A stretch of DNA of 64,000 nucleotides from Candidatus Obscuribacteraceae bacterium (GTDB taxonomy: Bacteria; Cyanobacteriota; Vampirovibrionia; Obscuribacterales; Obscuribacteraceae): the NCBI GenBank assembly GCA_044229845.1, contig JBGASG010000006.1:128001-192000 (forward strand), in the 5' to 3' direction. Under the pieces are notes generated by a model. It was not told the origin of the DNA and did not search any database. It saw only the letters and a list, made by a program, of their open reading frames with translations. Below are positions 57,531 through 64,000 of this stretch, in pieces. Position 1 is the stretch's first letter; each line of letters starts with the position of its first letter. Position numbers and translations under genes: made by a program.

Positions 57531-59200
57531 GCCGTGGCCTCCATCATTTGTGAATTGCTCTTGCCTGGCGGCACCAGCGGCCAGACGTTTTCTTTAGAGT
57601 CTATTTGTGCGTGCACGAAGAGCGGTCCTTCGGTGTTCAGGACGGCATCGACCGCGGCGCTGACCTGCTCGCGCTTGTCGATGTACATTGCCGGTATGCC
57701 GCATGCTTGCGCCAGACCGCAGAAATTCGGGTTATCGGATAGGTCGACTTCGCTGTAGCGTTCGGCGAAGAAAAGTTCTTGCCACTGCCGCACCATGCCC
57801 AACACTTTATTGTCGAAAAGAACGATCTTCACGGGCAAGTTGTAGCGCTTGATGGTCGCCAGTTCCTGTATGTTCATCATGATCGAACCATCGCCGGTGA
57901 CACAAACGACACGGCTGTCGGGAAACGCAAACTGCGCACCGACGGCTGCCGGTATGCCGAAGCCCATGGTGCCCAGACCGCCTGAGGTCAAATGCTGATG
58001 CGGGCGATTGAAACCGAAGTGCTGAGCCACCCACATCTGGTGCTGACCGACATCGCAGCTGACATAAGTATTAGCGTCGGCGCGATCGGACAGTTCCTTC
58101 AGAAACGCCGGCGCGAAGATACCTTCGCCCGGCGCGTCGTATTTCCATGCGTAGGTTTCTTTATTTTGTTGACAATGCTCTTTCCATTCTTCGATGACAG
58201 CCGGTGTCACCAGCAAGTTGGACAGCGCATGCTTGATGTCGCCGGCAATCGGGCACTGGACGGTGCGCAATTTGCCGATCTCGGCGGCGTCGATGTCCAT
58301 GTGGATAACGGCGGCGTGGGGAGCGAACTCGCGCAGTTTTCCGGTAACACGATCATCGAAGCGAGCGCCGATGGCGATCAACAAGTCACATTCTTGTACG
58401 GCATAATTGGCGGTCTTGGTTCCGTGCATGCCCAGCATGCCCAGAAACTGCGGATGACTGGCCGGGATTGCACCCAGTCCCTGCAAGGTGGTGACAACCG
58501 GTATGCCGGTGGTCTCAACAAATTGCTGGAACTCGCGCATAACGTTCGCGATTCTGATGCCGCCGCCGGCGTAGATCAAAGGCTTGCGGCTGGCGCGCAT
58601 CATCTGGCGAGCGCGCTCCAGAGTTTTCTCGGAAGCCTTGTCTTGCTCTTCAAATTCCGCTGTCGGGAAATCGGTTTCGGAGTCGCTGTCGGGATCGATT
58701 TCCACTTCGCAGGTGGTCATGTCCTTCGGCAAATCGATCAGGACAGGACCCGGGCGACCGGACTGCGCGACGGTGAAAGCCTCGGCGACAATCGCCGGCA
58801 ATTCGGATGCCTTGCGAACAATGTAGCTGTGTTTGACGACCGGCATGGTGATGCCGTAGATGTCGACTTCCTGGAACGCATCGGTTCCCATCATCGCGGT
58901 CGGCACTTGTCCAGTGACGGCGACCATCGGAACTGAATCCAGAAACGCATTGGCGATACCGGTGACTAAATTGGTGGCACCGGGACCGGAGGTGGCGAAA
59001 CAGACACCGACTTTGCCGCTGGCGCGGGCATAGCCGTCGGCTGCCAGAGCTGCTGCTTGCTCGTGACGCACCAGAACGTGTTTCAGTTTCGAACCGATCA
59101 ATGCATCGTATACAGGCATGATGGCACCGCCGGGGTAACCGAACACGGTGTCCACCCCTTGTTTCTCCAGTGCTTTGATCAGAACTTCAGCGCCCTTCAT
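57527..59200 (-). CDS. ilvB: Acetolactate synthase large subunit
   Basis: FGYPGG, RHEQ, TSGPGATN, DVGQHQMW, GDGS..MN. Confidence 0.96.
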   Translation of the reverse strand: MKGAEVLIKALEKQGVDTVFGYPGGAIMPVYDALIGSKLKHVLVRHEQAAALAADGYARASGKVGVCFATSGPGATNLVTGIANAFLDSVPMVAVTGQVPTAMMGTDAFQEVDIYGITMPVVKHSYIVRKASELPAIVAEAFTVAQSGRPGPVLIDLPKDMTTCEVEIDPDSDSETDFPTAEFEEQDKASEKTLERARQMMRASRKPLIYAGGGIRIANVMREFQQFVETTGIPVVTTLQGLGAIPASHPQFLGMLGMHGTKTANYAVQECDLLIAIGARFDDRVTGKLREFAPHAAVIHMDIDAAEIGKLRTVQCPIAGDIKHALSNLLVTPAVIEEWKEHCQQNKETYAWKYDAPGEGIFAPAFLKELSDRADANTYVSCDVGQHQMWVAQHFGFNRPHQHLTSGGLGTMGFGIPAAVGAQFAFPDSRVVCVTGDGSIMMNIQELATIKRYNLPVKIVLFDNKVLGMVRQWQELFFAERYSEVDLSDNPNFCGLAQACGIPAMYIDKREQVSAAVDAVLNTEGPLFVHAQIDSKENVWPLVPPGKSNSQMMEATA

Positions 59201-59220
59201 GTTTCCTGCCTGCTGTACTT

Positions 59221-59277
59221 GTTGCTTGCGTTGTCTGCGTTGCTTGCGTTGTCTGCGTTGCTTGCGTTGTCTGCGTT
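59221..59277. repeat. 18-bp tandem repeat x3 upstream of ilvB
   Basis: GTTGCTTGCGTTGTCTGC three times. Confidence 0.92.
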
Positions 59278-59349
59278 ACTTTGGTGCGGGTTCTCCGGGA
59301 AGCCGGCAGGAGGATTGAGATGCCGGCGTTCCCAGAGATGTCTTCAGAA

Positions 59350-60447
59350 CTACGTCTTGCTGCCTACAGGCTGACGTGTTTCTTGTTCTTGTTGTTGTTT
59401 GTCGCACTGTTGTTGAGCGCCTTGCTGTTGCTTGGCTTGCTGGCACTGAGCACCAGTGTTGAGCCATGCCATGTTGGCGCGCAGTTTCTTGCCGACTTCT
59501 TCGACCGGGTGTTCGAGGTCTTTCTTGAGCAACGCATCGTAGTTTTTGCGACCGCTCTTGTACTCTTCGACCCACTCTTTGGCGAACTGGCCGCTTTGAA
59601 TTTCTTCGAGCACCTTTTTCATTTCGCCGCGCGTGCGTTCATCGACAATCCGCGGTCCGCGGGTGAGGTCACCGTATTTGGCTGTCTCCGACACGAACTC
59701 GTGCATCTTGGCGAAACCGCCTTCGTAAATTAGGTCGACGATCAGCTTCACTTCATGCAAACACTCGAAGTATGCAACTTCCGGCTGATAGCCGGCGGCA
59801 ACGAGAGTTTCCCAACCAGCGGCAATCAGCTCGGTGACGCCACCGCAAAGAACGGCTTGTTCGCCGAAGAGATCGGTTTCGGTTTCTTCCGCAAAGGTTG
59901 TCTCGATGACCGCGGCGCGTGCGCCACCAACGCCGTGCGCGTAGCCGTACGCAACTTTCCAGGCGTTGCCGGTGGCATCTTGATGGACAGCGGCCACGCA
60001 AGGCACGCCACGTCCTTCTTCATACTGGCGACGCACCAGGGCGCCCGGTCCTTTGGGGGCGACCAGAGCTACGTCTACGTTTTCGGGCGGCGTTACTTGT
60101 TTGTAGTGGACGTTGAATCCGTGAGCAAACATTACGGTGCTGCCCGGCTTCAGGTTTGGTGCCACCGACTCGGCGTACACAGTCGGTTGATGCATGTCGG
60201 GCACCAGGAGCGCCACCACATCACTTTGTTTCACAGCTTCGGCGACCGTGAACGGCTTGAAGCCGTCGGCTTCCGCTTTCGCCCACGTCGGTCCGCCTGG
60301 ACGCAATCCGACAACGACCTGATAACCACTGTCACGCAGGTTGAGAGCGTGGGCGCGCCCCTGACTGCCGTAGCCGACCACGGCCACTTTGCGGGTTTTG
60401 AAATAATCGGCGGCTGCGTCGTACTCTTTCTGGCGCTGTCTGCTCAC
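59350..60447 (-). CDS. ilvC: Ketol-acid reductoisomerase with Gln-rich C-terminal tail
   Basis: [33 protein letters not shown]. Confidence 0.97.
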   Translation of the reverse strand: MSRQRQKEYDAAADYFKTRKVAVVGYGSQGRAHALNLRDSGYQVVVGLRPGGPTWAKAEADGFKPFTVAEAVKQSDVVALLVPDMHQPTVYAESVAPNLKPGSTVMFAHGFNVHYKQVTPPENVDVALVAPKGPGALVRRQYEEGRGVPCVAAVHQDATGNAWKVAYGYAHGVGGARAAVIETTFAEETETDLFGEQAVLCGGVTELIAAGWETLVAAGYQPEVAYFECLHEVKLIVDLIYEGGFAKMHEFVSETAKYGDLTRGPRIVDERTRGEMKKVLEEIQSGQFAKEWVEEYKSGRKNYDALLKKDLEHPVEEVGKKLRANMAWLNTGAQCQQAKQQQGAQQQCDKQQQEQETRQPVGSKT

Positions 60448-60480
60448 GATGTTTCTCCTCTGCGTGCTTGAGTTGCTTTT

Positions 60481-60512
60481 GCTGTATTGCTTGTGCTGTA
60501 TTGCTTGTGCTG
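60481..60512. repeat. 14-bp tandem repeat upstream of ilvC
   Basis: GCTGTATTGCTTGT twice plus partial copies. Confidence 0.8.
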
Positions 60513-60517
60513 CTGCG

Positions 60518-62230
60518 TCACTTCTTGGACAGGGCGGGTTGCGGGTTGGATGCCGGTTTCGCTCGCGACGGCTTAGACCCGGGCGGGAACGTCACTGCTC
60601 CTTCAGAAGCCGATGACACCAGATATGCGTACTTGGCGAACACACCGCTCTGGTAGGCGGGGTCAACCGAACGTACCGGCGCGCTGCGACCTTTTAGGTC
60701 GGCTTCGACGTTCAACGTCCGTTTCTCGACATCGATGGTGATCTTGTCGCCATCTTTGACCAAAGCAATCGGTCCGCCTTTGGCGGCTTCCGGTGCGACG
60801 TGCCCGACCACCAGTCCGTGGCTGGCGCCGGAGAAGCGACCATCGGTGATCAGGGCGACCGAGGAACCCAATCCGGCTCCCACCAATGCGCCTGTGACTT
60901 GCAGCATCTCCGGCATGCCGGGTCCGCCTTGCGGTCCCACCCATCTGATGATTACTGCATCACCAGCTTGAATGGTGCCGTCTTGTATCGCGGCGAAGGC
61001 GGCGGCTTCGGTGTCGAACACGCGCGCTTTGCCTTCGAAACCTTTAGTGGACTCGTGTCCTGACAGTTTGATCACGCAGCCTTCCGGAGCCAGGCTGCCG
61101 CGCAATATCGCCAGTCCGCCCGTGGGCTTGAACGGCTTGCCTTCGGGCGCTACGACTTTTTGCCCTTGAGTTTCTTTGTGCTGTGCGGCTTCTTGGAAGA
61201 GGGTCTTGCCGGAGACGGTCGGCGTGTCGTGCAGGAGTCCTGCTTTTTCCAGTCGGCTCGCAACCAGCGCCATGCCACCAGCGCGTTCCAGATCTGCCGC
61301 AACATAAAGCCCCCCTGGCTTGAGTGTGACGTAAACAGGTGTACGGCGGCTCAACCGATCGAAGTCATCGATCGTCAATTCGACGCCGGCTTCGCGGGCA
61401 ATCGCTAAAAGATGCAACACCGCGTTGGTTGAACCACCGGTGGTGGCAACCGAAGCGACGGCATTTTCCAGTGACTGCCGAGTGATGATATCGGCTGGCC
61501 GAACATTGTCGGCGAGCAGCTTCATCACTTGCTGACCGCAGTAAAAAGCCACCTCGGCTTTGCGTGCATCGGTGGCTGGAATATCATTGGCGCCCATGGG
61601 CGACATGCCCAGGAAGGTCATGGCGGTGGACATAGTGTTGGCTGTAAACTGTCCACCGCAAGCTCCCGCGCCGGGACAGGCGCGGTTTTCCAGGTCATTC
61701 AATTCCTCTTCTGTCATTTTGCCGGCCATGCAGGCGCCGACGGCTTCGAACACGTCTTGAACGGTGACGTCGCGTCCCTGGAACTGACCAGGTTGTATGC
61801 TGCCGCCGTACAACATCAAGGACGGCAGATTCAAACGCGTCAGCGCCATCACCGTCCCCGGTATCGTCTTGTCGCAGCCGCTCAATGCCACCACTGCATC
61901 GAAGAGGTGACCGCGGGTCGCCAGTTCAATTGAGTCGGCAATGATCTCGCGAGAAACCAGCGATGCCTTCATGGCTTCGGTGCCCATGGAGATGCCGTCG
62001 GAAACGACGACGGTGTTGAACTCCAGCGGCGTGCCGCCGGCGGAGCGGATGCCCTCTTTGACTTTCTCGGCCAATCCGCGCAAATGGAAGTTGCAGGGAC
62101 CTGCTTCCGTCCAGGTGTTGGCGACGGCGACCAGCGGTTTCGCCAGGTCTTCATCGGTCAACCCGGTCGCCTTGAGCATGGCTCTGGCTGGAGCGCGAGA
62201 TGTGCCGGATTTAATTTTGTCGCTGTTCAT
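60518..62230 (-). CDS. ilvD: Dihydroxy-acid dehydratase
   Basis: [45 protein letters not shown]. Confidence 0.97.
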   Translation of the reverse strand: MNSDKIKSGTSRAPARAMLKATGLTDEDLAKPLVAVANTWTEAGPCNFHLRGLAEKVKEGIRSAGGTPLEFNTVVVSDGISMGTEAMKASLVSREIIADSIELATRGHLFDAVVALSGCDKTIPGTVMALTRLNLPSLMLYGGSIQPGQFQGRDVTVQDVFEAVGACMAGKMTEEELNDLENRACPGAGACGGQFTANTMSTAMTFLGMSPMGANDIPATDARKAEVAFYCGQQVMKLLADNVRPADIITRQSLENAVASVATTGGSTNAVLHLLAIAREAGVELTIDDFDRLSRRTPVYVTLKPGGLYVAADLERAGGMALVASRLEKAGLLHDTPTVSGKTLFQEAAQHKETQGQKVVAPEGKPFKPTGGLAILRGSLAPEGCVIKLSGHESTKGFEGKARVFDTEAAAFAAIQDGTIQAGDAVIIRWVGPQGGPGMPEMLQVTGALVGAGLGSSVALITDGRFSGASHGLVVGHVAPEAAKGGPIALVKDGDKITIDVEKRTLNVEADLKGRSAPVRSVDPAYQSGVFAKYAYLVSSASEGAVTFPPGSKPSRAKPASNPQPALSKK

Positions 62231-62270
62231 TTGGAGAGGGTTCGCTGTCTTGCTGCTTGCGCTGCGTGGT

Positions 62271-62310
62271 GAAAACGAAAGCCCCGCACCTTATTGGAGG
62301 TGCGGGGCTT
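62271..62310 (-). terminator. Attenuator terminator upstream of ilvD
   Basis: 13-bp stem AAGCCCCGCACCT/AGGTGCGGGGCTT followed by TCGTTTT on the minus strand. Confidence 0.92.
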
Positions 62311-62333
62311 ATGTGATGCTTGTTAGGTATTAC

Positions 62334-62432
62334 CTACACAAGGAGCCCGCACCTCGGAGACGCAATAAGTACCAGAATTACAATAATTCCGGCAAAAGCG
62401 TTGAGGATAAGGAGACCTTGGTTGGCTTGCAT
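62334..62432 (-). CDS. ilv operon leader peptide (32 aa)
   Basis: MQANQGLLILNAFAGIIVILVLIASPRCGLLV*; Ile/Val/Leu run; contains antiterminator GAGGTGCGGGCT. Confidence 0.88.
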   Translation of the reverse strand: MQANQGLLILNAFAGIIVILVLIASPRCGLLV

Positions 62433-62461
62433 CTTAGTTATGTGAGCTGGGAAGGGGGGCG

Positions 62462-64000
62462 CTAGGCGCCCTTAACTCCTTCTAGCATACGTGTCCATTC
62501 TGAGGTGTCAATTACTTGTGTCGAGTCTTTTCGTTTTCCGTTCACATTGTTTACGCAGTAGCGACTTCTGACGTACGACTTATTAAGCGCCGCGACGAGA
62601 GATTTCATTGCTGACACTTCTATGTCTTGATCTGATGCAGTACCTTCGCAACGCACACCATTGTGGTCGACGATCTCGATCGTCGAGGTAGAAACGGCGC
62701 TCACGCCGCTCGTTTCGGCGCGGCTGAAATGCGTAACAATGTCGAAACCGCCGAAGTAATCTTCCAATGCAATCTTGAGTGCAGCAATCGCTGAATCTTT
62801 GCCCGGCTGTTCGTGATTGATGATGATCTCTTTGCCGTGAAACGTGCCGTACATAATCACGTGCGCGCGCCCGTCGTTCTTGGCGTAGTCGACACGGTCG
62901 ACGGTCATCGGACTGCGATAGTCGAAGTAAGCATTCATCAACTCGCTGTCAGTGATGCCTTTACGACGCTGGCTGAACTTGTCTTTGACATACTGCGCGA
63001 TCACCGCTTTCTCTTTGTCGTCGCAGTGGTAGCCCGCGGCTTCGATAATGGCTTTGGCGTGGTTGCCGCCGGACAATGGTCCGAAGATGAACGTCACCGG
63101 CTTGCCAATGACGCGCGGATCAAACGGCTGGTACGCAGTCGGATTCTTCAAGATAGCATTGGTGTGACCGCCACTGGAGTGGCAGGCGGCGTTGTTGCCG
63201 GTGACAGGCCAGTGCGGTTGACGCGGCAACATGTGGTCGTGTACGAAATCGGAGACTTCCTGCAATCTGGTGGCGTCGCAGCGCGTGTGGAACGGACCTT
63301 GCGGTGCGGTTCCACCGAATTGCGCGATCAGCATGATGCACTGCTCGAGCGACGCATTGCCGGCGCGTTCGCCGATGCCGTTGATGCAGCCTTCAATTTG
63401 GCGCGCCGGACCTTCGAAGACGCCGTTTATGCTGTTTTGGACGGCCAGTCCGAAGTCGTTGTGGCAATGTACGGACCAGATAACGTTATTGTTCGGGAAC
63501 TCGCGGTCGATAATGTCTGCGTGGCGCGACATGTGTTTGACGAAATATTGTTCGCCTTCCATAACGGAGGCACCGCCAATGGTATCCGGGCAATTGATCA
63601 CGGAGGCGCCCGCATCGACGGCAGCGCGAATCAGTTCGGTGACGAAGTCGAAATTGGCGCCCATACGCGAGTAGCCTTCCGGGCTGAACTGCGCTTCGCA
63701 GCCGGCGTCGACAGCCATTTTGATCAAGTCGTAGACGCTGCGCACGATCGCTTCGCGATCGGCGGCTTTGTCGCCTAATGACGCAGCCATCAATGACGGA
63801 TCGACCGGCACATATGTGTGCACCCTCGCCTTGCCTCGGGGAATGGCGGCGCGCACCGATTCGATGGTACGCTCCACTTGCTCGGGTCGCAGCTGACACA
63901 ACGCCGCGATCACCGGGCTATGCTCGCGCGTGGTGATTTCTTCAGCGATCGCTTTGACGATCTCGAAGTCCATAACGCTCGCCGACGGGAACCCCGCCTC
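62462..64000 (-). CDS. leuA: 2-isopropylmalate synthase (5' end outside window)
   Basis: EAGFP at window edge, NCPDTIG, SVHCHNDFG, GERAGNASLEQ, C-terminal regulatory domain. Confidence 0.9.
   Translation of the reverse strand, partial: EAGFPSASVMDFEIVKAIAEEITTREHSPVIAALCQLRPEQVERTIESVRAAIPRGKARVHTYVPVDPSLMAASLGDKAADREAIVRSVYDLIKMAVDAGCEAQFSPEGYSRMGANFDFVTELIRAAVDAGASVINCPDTIGGASVMEGEQYFVKHMSRHADIIDREFPNNNVIWSVHCHNDFGLAVQNSINGVFEGPARQIEGCINGIGERAGNASLEQCIMLIAQFGGTAPQGPFHTRCDATRLQEVSDFVHDHMLPRQPHWPVTGNNAACHSSGGHTNAILKNPTAYQPFDPRVIGKPVTFIFGPLSGGNHAKAIIEAAGYHCDDKEKAVIAQYVKDKFSQRRKGITDSELMNAYFDYRSPMTVDRVDYAKNDGRAHVIMYGTFHGKEIIINHEQPGKDSAIAALKIALEDYFGGFDIVTHFSRAETSGVSAVSTSTIEIVDHNGVRCEGTASDQDIEVSAMKSLVAALNKSYVRSRYCVNNVNGKRKDSTQVIDTSEWTRMLEGVKGA

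Noticed and set aside
54718..63778. Long + strand ORFs 54718-55680, 57992-58936, 59755-60471 and 62813-63778
   Set aside because: Antisense shadows of leu/ilv genes

Overview
Bacterial chromosomal window. The gene repertoire (membrane Ser/Thr kinases, Tad-like pilins, many secreted orphans) suggests a Vampirovibrionia/Obscuribacterales-like organism, but this is a low-confidence inference. 1-21 kb: two-component system, secreted proteins, a translationally coupled pair of membrane Ser/Thr kinases, lnt, an L,D-transpeptidase, mscL and an orphan Ntox44-like toxin candidate. 21-36 kb: accessory region with gene remnants, a NERD-helicase, a frameshifted higBA and a three-gene DUF692/MNIO cassette whose likely substrate is a 331-aa secreted protein ending CX16CGMG (top finding). 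This region also holds a 3.1-kb integrase-less defence islet (AbiEi/AbiEii-like plus a broken Mrr-like nuclease) inserted in the 3' end of tmRNA (ssrA, 36203-36585, minus), with signs of a second related element in tandem. 36.8-52 kb: WGR-DUF4132 protein, Tad-like pilins, S8 protease, prmA and an FHA protein. 52-64 kb: branched-chain amino acid cluster leuA-[attenuator]-ilvD-ilvC-ilvB-ACT subunit-cimA(internally deleted)-leuC-leuD-leuB. A 20-bp palindrome (CTAAAGCGATATCGCTTYAG) occurs 12 times at five intergenic loci, mostly at a 39-bp period. All family assignments come from motif recognition by eye; no database searches were run.
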